Positions 46,177 to 54,930 of a stretch of DNA of 64,000 nt are shown one piece after another. Position 1 is the stretch's first letter, and every line of letters begins with the position of its first letter. Origin of the DNA: a virus. The notes below the pieces were generated by a model. That model did no database searches and was not told the origin of the DNA. It saw only the letters and a list, made by a program, of their open reading frames with translations. The stretch is from IMG/VR virus record IMGVR_UViG_3300005676_000004. One strand, 5' to 3'. The translations under genes and the position numbers were made by a program.

Positions 46177-46481
46177 GATTTCTCTTCAAATGCAGGAATG
46201 TTCTTGATTGATTGAGTAGCGACGTCGGTACATGGTATAATTTCACACGCATCGAGGATGTGCATCGGCTCTACCACTGTCATTGAAAATATACAGTCAC
46301 TTTCTTTACCTTGTGCTACTCCCATAACGGCAAGTCCGGATAATGAGAACGATGATCTCCACTGTATCAATCTGCGTGATTGTCGTATGACTACATCGCG
46401 CCCTTCGTGTTTTACGTATTTGCCGAAATGCACTCCCGCATCTCGTGCTCGTACAATGACATGTTGCCCAGGACTAATCAT
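46173..46481 (-). CDS. Conserved phage protein (VIVR...AGV.FG...EIIPC; DUF6948-like)
   Basis: VIVRARDAGVHFG, SRRLIQW and CEIIPCT. Confidence 0.7.
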   Translation of the reverse strand: MISPGQHVIVRARDAGVHFGKYVKHEGRDVVIRQSRRLIQWRSSFSLSGLAVMGVAQGKESDCIFSMTVVEPMHILDACEIIPCTDVATQSIKNIPAFEEKS

Positions 46482-46846
46482 GTTCTCTCCATGTTACTAT
46501 ATTCTTTCATAAATGAATACCGAAACCAATCCGGTGCATCTAACATATCACAGTATTCATGCCACTCGCTCGTGAAGAACCCTAAGTCAGTGACACCTTG
46601 TTTCCACATCTTGATATGGAGATTTACGGATGCTTTCGTGGTAATTAACGTTCGTAAAATATTTGGATGTTTGGTTGGAACTAGTTTTCCTTGTGAATCG
46701 TAAAGCATAAATGCTCGTAGTCCATTGAGCGACGTGCGTGAATATACTATATCGGGAATAACTCGTCCTGATATTTCAAATCGATGACGATTCCTAAGAT
46801 AGAATCTAACGTCTCGGATAAATCTATCTGATAGCTTCTTTTTCAT
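46478..46846 (-). CDS. Hypothetical protein
   Basis: ATGA overlap with the next gene. Confidence 0.6.
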   Translation of the reverse strand: MKKKLSDRFIRDVRFYLRNRHRFEISGRVIPDIVYSRTSLNGLRAFMLYDSQGKLVPTKHPNILRTLITTKASVNLHIKMWKQGVTDLGFFTSEWHEYCDMLDAPDWFRYSFMKEYSNMERT

Positions 46847-47153
46847 CGTGTCTGTCTTGTTGCAAAATCCAATTTCCATGAACAGTTATCCAGCGACCAG
46901 TGTGACGTTCTTGAAATTTGATTTCGTCACCTTCTTGATAAATGATCTTAGCGACGTGATACGTCGATACAAATTTACCATCAACGCCGAGAACAGTAAT
47001 GGTGTAATGCTTTTTGTATTCATCTTCTTCTTGATGTTGACCAATATACTGCTGAAGGAAGATAAATAATACCACAATTCCAATACCGCATACAAAGCCA
47101 ATGATAATTCTTCTTGCAATCATATCGGCATATGCATCTATGAATCCATTCAT
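46824..47153 (-). CDS. Membrane-anchored hypothetical protein
   Basis: N-terminal TM helix. Confidence 0.65.
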   Translation of the reverse strand: MNGFIDAYADMIARRIIIGFVCGIGIVVLFIFLQQYIGQHQEEDEYKKHYTITVLGVDGKFVSTYHVAKIIYQEGDEIKFQERHTGRWITVHGNWILQQDRHDEKEAIR

Positions 47154-47344
47154 ATCTTCCTCGTTGATCGTTCTAGTGTTTGCGGATACTTAGAATTGAT
47201 TGATCCGAATAACTGTGCATCAATCTCACAACTTACAACATATTTCCGACAATTCCAAACGCTTTCTAGAGATAGCCTAACTATTTTCTCGTGGTCGTTT
47301 GCAAATGACACGATTTCTTTGTAAGTTGTATCTGCTATATTCAC
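47150..47344 (-). CDS. Hypothetical protein (shortened from the track ORF 47150..47581)
   Basis: GTG start avoids overlap with the + strand gene; stop overlaps the next start by 4 nt. Confidence 0.4.
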   Translation of the reverse strand: MNIADTTYKEIVSFANDHEKIVRLSLESVWNCRKYVVSCEIDAQLFGSINSKYPQTLERSTRKI

Positions 47345-47365
47345 AACTAACACCCAAGGCAAGAG

Positions 47366-47644
47366 ATGCGAAACTATGAAATAAGACAACATGCACAGAA
47401 CGCTATAGTGGCAGTTCTCATAGCGTGTGGGTTTATAGGATTGGCTGTCTTGATACATAATCTTTTCCCACCAAAATCCTGGACGGCGACGATTACACAT
47501 TATCACCCAAATGGGTTGTTTGATGTGTACAAGGTAAAACATGATGAACTTGAGATTAAAGGTAACACGATTCATATACACCGTCGGGGATTGGTGCTCG
47601 GTGGAGACTTTACTATCAAGTACACTACCGACACTGTACAGTAG
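47366..47644 (+). CDS. Membrane-anchored hypothetical protein
   Basis: TM helix AIVAVLIACGFIGLAVLI; first of three + strand genes. Confidence 0.6.
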   Translation: MRNYEIRQHAQNAIVAVLIACGFIGLAVLIHNLFPPKSWTATITHYHPNGLFDVYKVKHDELEIKGNTIHIHRRGLVLGGDFTIKYTTDTVQ

Positions 47645-47658
47645 ACGAGAAGATAATC

Positions 47659-47898
47659 ATGAAGATTCCAAGACCAAGTGTAGGCGGTGTCTACTGGTAC
47701 ATCGATACACGTACAAACATTTCACGTGTAACTAGGTGGTTCAACACGGTAGAAGACGAGCATAGATATTCCCAAGGAAATGTTCATAGGGCAAGGCAGT
47801 CTGCTGAGCGTTGGTGGACTGAATTCCGTTTGGAGTCTAACTCTAATGGGCGAGATAGGCTTCGCGGTACTAATTGGACTCGGGCATTTGTAATGTAA
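47659..47898 (+). CDS. P..G..Y...W..R...GN family protein (paralog of the 56.8-59.6 kb array)
   Basis: PRPSVGGVYWYID...RWFN...HRYSQGNVH. Confidence 0.7.
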   Translation: MKIPRPSVGGVYWYIDTRTNISRVTRWFNTVEDEHRYSQGNVHRARQSAERWWTEFRLESNSNGRDRLRGTNWTRAFVM

Positions 47899-47927
47899 TT
47901 GTTTACCTAGATTTCAAAAAGATCATT

Positions 47928-48284
47928 ATGAAAACGTGCGCAAGCTGTGAACATTATCGCCATAGAAGACAGGAGTGTGGTCACCCGTCTGGCATTCATA
48001 CAGAAACAGACCCTATATCGGGATATGTTGAAATTACATATCCATGGGTGAAGATTATGAGAGGCATTGAAAGACCTAGCCGTGGTTGGCTTACTGGTGA
48101 GATGGCGTATAGTCCAAAACAAATTTGTGGGTTGGATGGTAAACTGTGGGAACCAAAGAAAAGAAGACTAGCTGGTAACTTTACATCATTCTTGTCACGT
48201 GTGTTTAGTAAAGTCTTTCGTTCTATACCAGGGCTTCGGCGTGTTAAATTACTATCAAAAATGATAAATAAAAAAGAGGAATGA
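47928..48284 (+). CDS. Cys-rich protein (paralog of 59572 and 60625)
   Basis: CASCEH...C...DPISG...CGLDGKLWEPK. Confidence 0.7.
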   Translation: MKTCASCEHYRHRRQECGHPSGIHTETDPISGYVEITYPWVKIMRGIERPSRGWLTGEMAYSPKQICGLDGKLWEPKKRRLAGNFTSFLSRVFSKVFRSIPGLRRVKLLSKMINKKEE

Positions 48285-48305
48285 CTTTTTGTGCATCATT
48301 CCTCT
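48275..48305. terminator. Hairpin between convergent genes (likely bidirectional terminator)
   Basis: AGAGGAATGA-11 nt-TCATTCCTCT with A/T-rich flanks. Confidence 0.6.
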
Positions 48306-48353
48306 CTTTGAATAGCGACGGTTGGGCTGTGCGCTATACGAAATATTCAGTGA

Positions 48354-48965
48354 TTAGCTAGACTTAGTAGTGTATTTTGGTACATCGTGTTCATTTGGTA
48401 CAATGTACAAATCTTTAAGTTCGTAAAATCCATATCGAATGCCTGGTGAATAATAACCATTCTTATCAAATGGAACCCAAGAGCATTTGCAAATTCCTTC
48501 ATCACGTAGAACGTATTCTACATTCATCTTATATGGATGATCAAAGCACACTACGGTTGTCCCTACTGTGATATAATCGTCTGGTACTTCATCACTATAA
48601 TCGTCGGCAGACGATTCATCGTTAGTAACATTTACAGTGCCGCAACTATTAACTGGAGACTGAAGTATTTGATTGATTATCTTCAGATTTTCAGCCGCTT
48701 CTTGCATAGGTTCACTTATGTTTTTTGGCAACTCCCAGTTAGATTTTTTACAAATAGATATAATTTCACCTACTGCTGCGCTCATTACTAGGTACACTGT
48801 GTCTTGGAGCATAGACACCTTAACATTTCCACTCTTATCTTTGAGATTGAGATATCCATCTTGAAATTTCCACGTTGTAATGTCGTGGATGAACGTAGTA
48901 AAATTTTGAACATCAACAATTAATACACCATTTGGATTTGACAATGGTGGTTGTGTGTTTTTCAT
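48354..48965 (-). CDS. Hypothetical protein with C-terminal YodC/DUF2158-like domain
   Basis: VGTTVVCFDHPYKMNVE...CKCSWVPFDK...LYIVP. Confidence 0.65.
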   Translation of the reverse strand: MKNTQPPLSNPNGVLIVDVQNFTTFIHDITTWKFQDGYLNLKDKSGNVKVSMLQDTVYLVMSAAVGEIISICKKSNWELPKNISEPMQEAAENLKIINQILQSPVNSCGTVNVTNDESSADDYSDEVPDDYITVGTTVVCFDHPYKMNVEYVLRDEGICKCSWVPFDKNGYYSPGIRYGFYELKDLYIVPNEHDVPKYTTKSS

Positions 48966-49002
48966 GGTAGTAACCTTTACATTAAAAAATTAGTTGGCGA
49001 TG

Positions 49003-49416
49003 TCAATCTAGTGCTAGAATTGCAGTCTGAACTGCCGTCTTAAATGAAACTAGATCGTTTGAAATCGTCTTTGACGTAGAGCCGCGTATCATACGAACAT
49101 TACAAACTAGTTGTGAGTCAATTACCCTGAAACGGAAGTGAATTCCGTTTTTGATAACTTCAATAATTACGGCATTGTCTATCGTTGGTGTAGTGAAGTG
49201 AGGGATAAAGCCACTTGAGTATAGCTCTGCCAGTAGATTTACTGCTCCGGTAATAGCAGTCGGATTAGGGCTAGGAGACCCATATCCATCCCAATTATTA
49301 CCTAGTTGGTAAAATTCTTGTAAATTCTTCTGGTGTAATGAGTACAATCGTTTAGCATACTCATGGTATGTCTCTACTGTGGATTGATCCTTAGTATGTA
49401 TTGCTTTGGTTTTCAT
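49003..49416 (-). CDS. Hypothetical protein (NWDGYG family)
   Basis: LGNNWDGYGS.SP...A. Confidence 0.65.
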   Translation of the reverse strand: MKTKAIHTKDQSTVETYHEYAKRLYSLHQKNLQEFYQLGNNWDGYGSPSPNPTAITGAVNLLAELYSSGFIPHFTTPTIDNAVIIEVIKNGIHFRFRVIDSQLVCNVRMIRGSTSKTISNDLVSFKTAVQTAILALD

Positions 49417-49439
49417 GTCACTAGCGAGTTGTTTGTATT

Positions 49440-50168
49440 CTATGATGTAGGAGCATTGCTTGCTCCTTTAAATTCACCATTTGCATCAAACGATACTTTA
49501 CGATCTCCATATTGAACATCATATCCGTTGGTGTTCGGTTGAATTGACATCGGGCGATCAATACCGAGATGCGTATTGATGATGCTGATGAAAGTAGAAA
49601 CCGTTCTCAGCCACTGAGGTGAGCAGTCCGGTTCCGGTACTATATACAATTCATCTATATTGTACGTGCTTCGATGTATGTTTTTGCTCCACTCGCCACT
49701 CTTGTCAAACGAAAACCATACACAAGTACATGTATTCAATTCTAAATCAAATCGTTCAACCGTCATCGTAAATGGATGATCATCACACAATACAAGTGTG
49801 CCGATCTCCATACCGTTTGGTATTGTTTGTGTTTCCATGCTAATGCCTTTCAAAAATGTCAGTGTATGCGATTTCAATTGAACTTCGTGATGCATCGTTC
49901 CAGTTTCATCAAATTTCCAATTTACTTCGTTCATTTTAGGACCTTCTTCTTTAGGTAGCCATCCTATTGCATCTGTAAGAAATGACTTCAAATGCTCCGA
50001 TGTAAATCTCACGTATGATTGGTGTGGTATGTGTACAAGTTTACCTGGAAATTGAATAATAACTTCCACTGGGTCTTCTGGAAAAGTTTCCATTGATCTG
50101 AGTTTAGACGGATCAACCTCATGATCTACCTCAAAATAAAGGAATTGTATTTCTAATTTCGTTTCCAT
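49440..50168 (-). CDS. Hypothetical protein with YodC/DUF2158-like domain
   Basis: IGTLVLCDDHPFTMTVE...CTCVWFSFDK...LYIVP. Confidence 0.65.
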   Translation of the reverse strand: METKLEIQFLYFEVDHEVDPSKLRSMETFPEDPVEVIIQFPGKLVHIPHQSYVRFTSEHLKSFLTDAIGWLPKEEGPKMNEVNWKFDETGTMHHEVQLKSHTLTFLKGISMETQTIPNGMEIGTLVLCDDHPFTMTVERFDLELNTCTCVWFSFDKSGEWSKNIHRSTYNIDELYIVPEPDCSPQWLRTVSTFISIINTHLGIDRPMSIQPNTNGYDVQYGDRKVSFDANGEFKGASNAPTS

Positions 50169-50169
50169 A

Positions 50170-50370
50170 TTACTGATCCTCATTAAGTTTATTGATTCGT
50201 CGTTGTTTCTCTTCCCATCGTGACCGGAAGTATTCCATCACCAGCTTGTCATCTTCTGTAACTGGATACCTTGTTTCATCACGATACTTTGCAAGTATAC
50301 GTTCTTTCTCTTCTGGGCTAGTGTTTGCCCATGCCTCTTTGAGGCGTTCCAATACTGTTTTATCTTCCAT
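50170..50370 (-). CDS. Small charged hypothetical protein
   Basis: MEDKTVLERLKE; start is 1 nt after the upstream stop. Confidence 0.6.
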   Translation of the reverse strand: MEDKTVLERLKEAWANTSPEEKERILAKYRDETRYPVTEDDKLVMEYFRSRWEEKQRRINKLNEDQ

Positions 50371-50371
50371 A

Positions 50372-50821
50372 TTAGTATTGCTTTTTCGTTTTGTTCTTTT
50401 TATTCCACCGCAACAACGTTGAGATAACCCAGCTAGATATGGATTCGACTGCGTTCTGTATGTCCATATCCTTAGTACTGTGATAATCTCTGATATAGAT
50501 GTCGCCCATATACTCGGATACAATTTGATCGCTGTCGTCAGTATGATCGGTTAGAATTAATGAGATTTCAGTACTGTCGCCCCAACGTCGACTAACACTC
50601 ATAATACATTTGCAATTATCATCCAAGTTTGATATTGCATATACGAGTTCATAGTTAGCATCCAAATTTGGCGTCAGTCTAAGGTGTAACTCAAATCCTA
50701 ATTTGGTAAATATGTCACGGATTAAATTGTCAAACCGTGTCTCCACACCCCGAGGGATTCTTGGTTGCTGTAATATCCAAGGGGTGTAAACAAAGAACAC
50801 ATCATTTCTAGAATCACCCAT
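50372..50821 (-). CDS. Hypothetical protein
   Basis: TATTTATTAG variant motif upstream at 50875-50866. Confidence 0.6.
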   Translation of the reverse strand: MGDSRNDVFFVYTPWILQQPRIPRGVETRFDNLIRDIFTKLGFELHLRLTPNLDANYELVYAISNLDDNCKCIMSVSRRWGDSTEISLILTDHTDDSDQIVSEYMGDIYIRDYHSTKDMDIQNAVESISSWVISTLLRWNKKNKTKKQY

Positions 50822-51008
50822 TATATTTTCTTTCTTGTTTTTGAAACCATACAAAACTTGTTATACTAATAAATATGTGCCTACTATTGAACTATGTCGT
50901 TATTCTCTTCTTCGTGCCTAGGACAACCTTTACCAGTACAGTCAAATTGAAAGCTCATGGGATTTTAAGCGTTATGAGTTTTTATGTAAATTTATGTGTT
51001 GCAGATCA

Positions 51009-51383
51009 TTATTCTAAGTAGTCAAGTCCCGCGATCGCACGTCGGTAGACGTCCTCTGGTCGCATTGGCGTCCATCCTTTACCAGCGGAATCAAGCCACC
51101 ATGTGACGTATCCATATACGTCGAGTGATGCAATGCAGAGTCCAACGCGTTCAAATTTTCCGTAACCCTGCACTACATACATCTCACCATCTTTTGGGTA
51201 CTCATCTTCCATCTTCTTCCAACGTAGCTGATCTGCAAGATGACCTTCTAAGATAGTGACATGCTTATCTTGAGCACTGAATATATCTTCGGCTCCGCCA
51301 TTGCTGTGCACTGCGGAAATTACTAGAGTGCCAGTGTCATGATAATCCACAGTATCAACCTTGCCTTCAAGTATTGTCTTCAT
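51009..51383 (-). CDS. LRWRK-family paralog 1
   Basis: TILEGHLADQLRWKK...YRRAIAGLDYLE. Confidence 0.75.
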   Translation of the reverse strand: MKTILEGKVDTVDYHDTGTLVISAVHSNGGAEDIFSAQDKHVTILEGHLADQLRWKKMEDEYPKDGEMYVVQGYGKFERVGLCIASLDVYGYVTWWLDSAGKGWTPMRPEDVYRRAIAGLDYLE

Positions 51384-51394
51384 TGTGTAGTACC

Positions 51395-51739
51395 TTAAAG
51401 CTCTTCTAGGTAATCCAGCCCTGCGATCGCGGGGCGGTAGAAATCGTGGGCCCAAATACCAATTAAAACCTCGCACTTGTTCTCCCATCTGCTAGACATG
51501 TGGCCGTAGCGTCTGAATATGCAAACGCCGTAACCCTGCACAACATACTTAGCACCATCTTGCCACATCGTTCCTTCCGGCGTTGCCTCCGGCTCCTCCT
51601 CCCACACCTTCCTCCACCTCAAACTCTCCGCCAAGTGACCTGGTAGAATTGTGACATCACCACCTGCAAAGTCTTCCGGAACATCGCCAGTGTAATCGAT
51701 CACTCCACGATGATCAATGTGTGCTTCAATCGGATTCAT
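51395..51739 (-). CDS. LRWRK-family paralog 2
   Basis: TILPGHLAESLRWRK...YRPAIAGLDYLE. Confidence 0.75.
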   Translation of the reverse strand: MNPIEAHIDHRGVIDYTGDVPEDFAGGDVTILPGHLAESLRWRKVWEEEPEATPEGTMWQDGAKYVVQGYGVCIFRRYGHMSSRWENKCEVLIGIWAHDFYRPAIAGLDYLEEL

Positions 51740-51755
51740 CTTGTGGTCTCCGTGT

Positions 51756-52079
51756 TTAAGTTTCCACATAATCGATCCCAGCGACTTCTAGACGATAAAG
51801 ATCGTGATCTTCGCACTCACTCAGTGAGCCGTGCTCGTGAGATATCCAAACCCGATCCCCGTCACCATCAAACCCAAATCGGCATACACCTAAGCCGTCT
51901 ACCTTATACAACTTCTCCTCCTCCGGCTCCTCCTCCCCCACCTTCCTCCACCTCAACGACTCCGCGAGATGTCCTGGTAGGATGGTGATAGGGGTAGTAC
52001 CCATGTACTTATTGACAATAAAATCATTACACCAATCGCCGTAAATATGACTCGGTGCAAATGCTTCTATTAGCTCCAT
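51756..52079 (-). CDS. LRWRK-family paralog 3
   Basis: TILPGHLAESLRWRK...YRLEVAGIDY. Confidence 0.75.
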   Translation of the reverse strand: MELIEAFAPSHIYGDWCNDFIVNKYMGTTPITILPGHLAESLRWRKVGEEEPEEEKLYKVDGLGVCRFGFDGDGDRVWISHEHGSLSECEDHDLYRLEVAGIDYVET

Positions 52080-52093
52080 CGCGCGGTCTCCTT
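52077..52093. repeat. 17-bp direct repeat CATCGCGCGGTCTCCTT (second copy 52906-52922)
   Basis: Identical RBS+start junction at two LRWRK genes; degenerate third copy at 51737. Confidence 0.8.
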
Positions 52094-52102
52094 GTTTAAG
52101 TT

Positions 52103-52537
52103 TCATAGATAATCGATTCCTAGTATGGCGGGACGGTAAGTGTCGTCGGGCATAACTTCATAGCGATCGAGCGGATTCTCCCAAACGCTTATGCCGTTCT
52201 CACGTCGCATACAGCATACGCCAAGCTCAGTAACCACGTATAGAGTGCCATCACACCATTCTGTCGCATCCACTGTGAGCTTAGGGTACTCATCCCCCAC
52301 CTTTCTCCATCGTAGCGACTCCGCATGATGTTCTAGCGGCGTAATCTCTTGTGGTTTTCTAGTAGAGTATACTATATTGAACTGACGTGTGGTAATCATC
52401 TTCTGTCCGCATGATTCACAACACATTTCTACGCTTATGCTCGTATCGTCAAACCATTCGTTAGTGAGGCTCTGCTCATGCCCACAATGAGGACAGACGG
52501 CTTCGGCTGTGTTCTCGTGATTGAATGTCGTACTCAT
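52103..52537 (-). CDS. Zn-ribbon + LRWRK fusion (paralog 4)
   Basis: HENT.E.VCPHCG...CESCG followed by HAESLRWRK...YRPAILGIDYL. Confidence 0.75.
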   Translation of the reverse strand: MSTTFNHENTAEAVCPHCGHEQSLTNEWFDDTSISVEMCCESCGQKMITTRQFNIVYSTRKPQEITPLEHHAESLRWRKVGDEYPKLTVDATEWCDGTLYVVTELGVCCMRRENGISVWENPLDRYEVMPDDTYRPAILGIDYL

Positions 52538-52908
52538 TTTGTAGACTCATCATTTAGTTTTTCTGGGTAATCAATACCAGGTATAGCGGGGCGGTAGAGG
52601 TCGTCAGGGTACACCGAGTACAACGCCCCAGTCGACACGTGATGCCACCTAAATACACCATCTCCAATGGGTTGGTAGCAGGCTAGCCCGCATTCGTCAA
52701 CAACGTATTTCTTCTTCTCTTCCGGCTCCTCCTCTCCCACCTTCCGCCACCTCAGCGAATCCGCGAGATGGCCAGGGAGGATGGTGACTGGAACGCCAAT
52801 TTCACGCAATGCTCCGGTGCTGCTTGTTGCACACATTGTCAGGATAGCCGTGCCATCATCAGTGAGGTAATCGATTAGTTCGAGGTCTGCTTGAATTATC
52901 GGCTTCAT
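52534..52908 (-). CDS. LRWRK-family paralog 5
   Basis: TILPGHLADSLRWRK...YRPAIPGIDY. Confidence 0.75.
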   Translation of the reverse strand: MKPIIQADLELIDYLTDDGTAILTMCATSSTGALREIGVPVTILPGHLADSLRWRKVGEEEPEEKKKYVVDECGLACYQPIGDGVFRWHHVSTGALYSVYPDDLYRPAIPGIDYPEKLNDESTK

Positions 52909-53114
52909 CGCGCGGTCTCCTTTGGTTTGCTAGTGGAATATTTAACGTCAAACTCACGTGTAATGATCATCATAAGCCCACACGATCCGCATTCGGATTC
53001 TGTGCTGTCGTCGCAGTAGTCATAACTGAAGAAATCCCAACTATCGCGATGCTCGTATCCACAGTGCGGGCATACAATTTCATCTGTGTTGTCATGGTCA
53101 ATTTCTTTATTCAT
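52905..53114 (-). CDS. Zn-ribbon protein
   Basis: HDNTDEIVCPHCG...CGSCG...ITREF. Confidence 0.75.
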   Translation of the reverse strand: MNKEIDHDNTDEIVCPHCGYEHRDSWDFFSYDYCDDSTESECGSCGLMMIITREFDVKYSTSKPKETAR

Positions 53115-53716
53115 TTTCGGGAGGTCTTAATACTGTTGTAAGATTCCATAATTCGCTCTTTGAATGGGAAGATGCCGCACTTGTATGGTATACAAGTACT
53201 CAAGACTTGTGTTTCGAACTCGCCTGTATTTGGCACAAGAAAGTGTCTGTAGTTTATGTCCACGAGTCCGGTATGCTCATCTTGACCACTCGTTGCAATG
53301 TGAAGATGTAAATGAGCGTAGTGTAGACTGTTGTCAGCAAAGAGAAGAATATCGACGTCTTTGTTCATGTCTAAGGCGTTGACGATAGTGTGCTCTGTAC
53401 CTTTAGACTCACCATCCCACAAAGCAAAAATCTCGTCAGAAGCATTGATGATGTCCATATTGCGGACAAATCCTGCACGTTTGCCATACTTGTCCCAATC
53501 AGGACGAAGTATGAGACTGGGCAACAAATTAGCATTGGCAAAACATTCAGCTAATGTGTCTGCACCTTCAGCACCTCCAGAAACAATTTGAACAGGCTTG
53601 CCTATTTGATTAATTCTGTGTTTGAGACAGTAGGCCAAGATGTCGTAGAAATCAGACGTGAAATGCCTGCTTCCGACGACGCCAATGCTGTATAGCTTGG
53701 TTTCAGCGTCCATCAC
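53111..53716 (-). CDS. SLOG-family protein (YspA/DUF2493-like)
   Basis: IGVVGSR, VSGGAEGADTL, PDWDKYGKRAGFVRN and WDGESKGT. Confidence 0.85.
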   Translation of the reverse strand: MMDAETKLYSIGVVGSRHFTSDFYDILAYCLKHRINQIGKPVQIVSGGAEGADTLAECFANANLLPSLILRPDWDKYGKRAGFVRNMDIINASDEIFALWDGESKGTEHTIVNALDMNKDVDILLFADNSLHYAHLHLHIATSGQDEHTGLVDINYRHFLVPNTGEFETQVLSTCIPYKCGIFPFKERIMESYNSIKTSRK

Positions 53717-54123
53717 ACTGCTTCCATAGAAAGGGCTTCAACTAGTGCATTAGCATAGGATACTGCGCTGTGAGCAACTTCTTGCCGGATGGTGTGGATT
53801 GACTCACCAGCTTCCTTGAAAATTCCAACCTCTCCTTCCGCGTCGTACAGCGGTATTTTAATGATTAACACCTGCATTGCCAAGGCTGCGAAGTAGTCTC
53901 TCCTGCTAAGTACTCCCCGAGTTGATGCAGTAGGTTCTCTCGGTAGCTCCGTACTTTTTTCAGCAATCCTTTGAAGTAACCCCTGTTCAAGTTCAGTCAG
54001 TCTATTAATTTCGTTAGTAACTGCCGTTAGAGCATCATCAATTGAAAGACTACCAAAATTATCATGATCCAACTGGGCACTATTGAGTTGCTGAAGAATC
54101 TTCAAGGCAAAATTTATATCCAT
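53713..54123 (-). CDS. Conserved phage protein (RDYFAA.AM family)
   Basis: SRRDYFAALAMQ...AVSYANAL. Confidence 0.7.
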   Translation of the reverse strand: MDINFALKILQQLNSAQLDHDNFGSLSIDDALTAVTNEINRLTELEQGLLQRIAEKSTELPREPTASTRGVLSRRDYFAALAMQVLIIKIPLYDAEGEVGIFKEAGESIHTIRQEVAHSAVSYANALVEALSMEAV

Positions 54124-54129
54124 AGGAGC

Positions 54130-54510
54130 TTAGCTTTCTGTTTTTTCATCGTTAGAATCTTCGTGTTCTTCATCACCATTTCCACTACCATGGTAGACTT
54201 CTAACTGTTTCAAGTATTCTTCCCAACCTAACTCACGGGCGGCGAGAACATGATTTGTTGATGCTTGCATCATCGCTCCAGTTGCACCGGAGTCCACAGT
54301 AAGCATGGCTTTCTGAAGTTTCTTCATGTCTTCATTTTCATCAGCGGTCAGTCCATAAATGTTTTGGAACTGTGTGAACTCTGGCTTAGCGTCTGGATTC
54401 TCATCAAGCCACGCTAGTCCGGCAAGTACCATATCTTGGCAACATTTTTCATATCCACCGCCAAAACCGCTGATATAGTCTGCTCCTTCTGGGTATTTAC
54501 GTTCAATCAT
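54130..54510 (-). CDS. Conserved hypothetical protein
   Basis: ISGFGGGYE...GATGAM; GGAG RBS. Confidence 0.7.
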   Translation of the reverse strand: MIERKYPEGADYISGFGGGYEKCCQDMVLAGLAWLDENPDAKPEFTQFQNIYGLTADENEDMKKLQKAMLTVDSGATGAMMQASTNHVLAARELGWEEYLKQLEVYHGSGNGDEEHEDSNDEKTES

Positions 54511-54788
54511 ACTAGTTCTCCTTTAATGTTAACCAATTTCCCTTGCGGGTGATATTCAACTTTATGGGTTGTCATGTAGTCTTTAATTTGTTGTGCCGAA
54601 GGCCATCCGCCTTTTATGGCTAAGTCTTCCTCACTCGTTGCTCCATCAAAATTTCTCTCCAAGCCCTCTATGACGGCGTAACAATAGTCTCGCAATAAAT
54701 CGGTTGGGAATGGAGGTCTATTCTGCTCTGGAATAATCAGGCGTGGTGCTAACTCTTCGGCAGAGTCGACCTTAGCCGTTCTACGCAC
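54507..54788 (-). CDS. Hypothetical protein
   Basis: Stop overlaps the next start; own start uncertain. Confidence 0.5.
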   Translation of the reverse strand: MRRTAKVDSAEELAPRLIIPEQNRPPFPTDLLRDYCYAVIEGLERNFDGATSEEDLAIKGGWPSAQQIKDYMTTHKVEYHPQGKLVNIKGELV

Positions 54789-54925
54789 TCCGCAAAGACA
54801 GTACTGTAGTACGTACTGTTTTCATCCTGAAGTGCTTCGGCGTTCTTCTTTTCATTCTTAATAAATTCAATAAATTGAATATCACTCATAGAGTGAAGTA
54901 GTTCTTTCATTTCAGTTGTAGCCAT
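54749..54925 (-). CDS. Small protein (58 aa, not in the track)
   Basis: MATTEMKELLHSMSDIQFIEFIKNEKK...; AAGGG RBS; starts 5 nt after the previous stop. Confidence 0.6.
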   Translation of the reverse strand: MATTEMKELLHSMSDIQFIEFIKNEKKNAEALQDENSTYYSTVFAECVERLRSTLPKS

Positions 54926-54930
54926 AGTTG

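Noticed and set aside
47345-47581. N-terminal half of the track ORF 47150..47581(-)
   Set aside because: It overlaps the better-supported + strand membrane gene 47366..47644; a later GTG start is more plausible.
51589-52788. Diversity-generating retroelement template/variable repeats
   Set aside because: Differences are not confined to adenines, the copies sit inside paralogous ORFs, and no reverse transcriptase is in the window.
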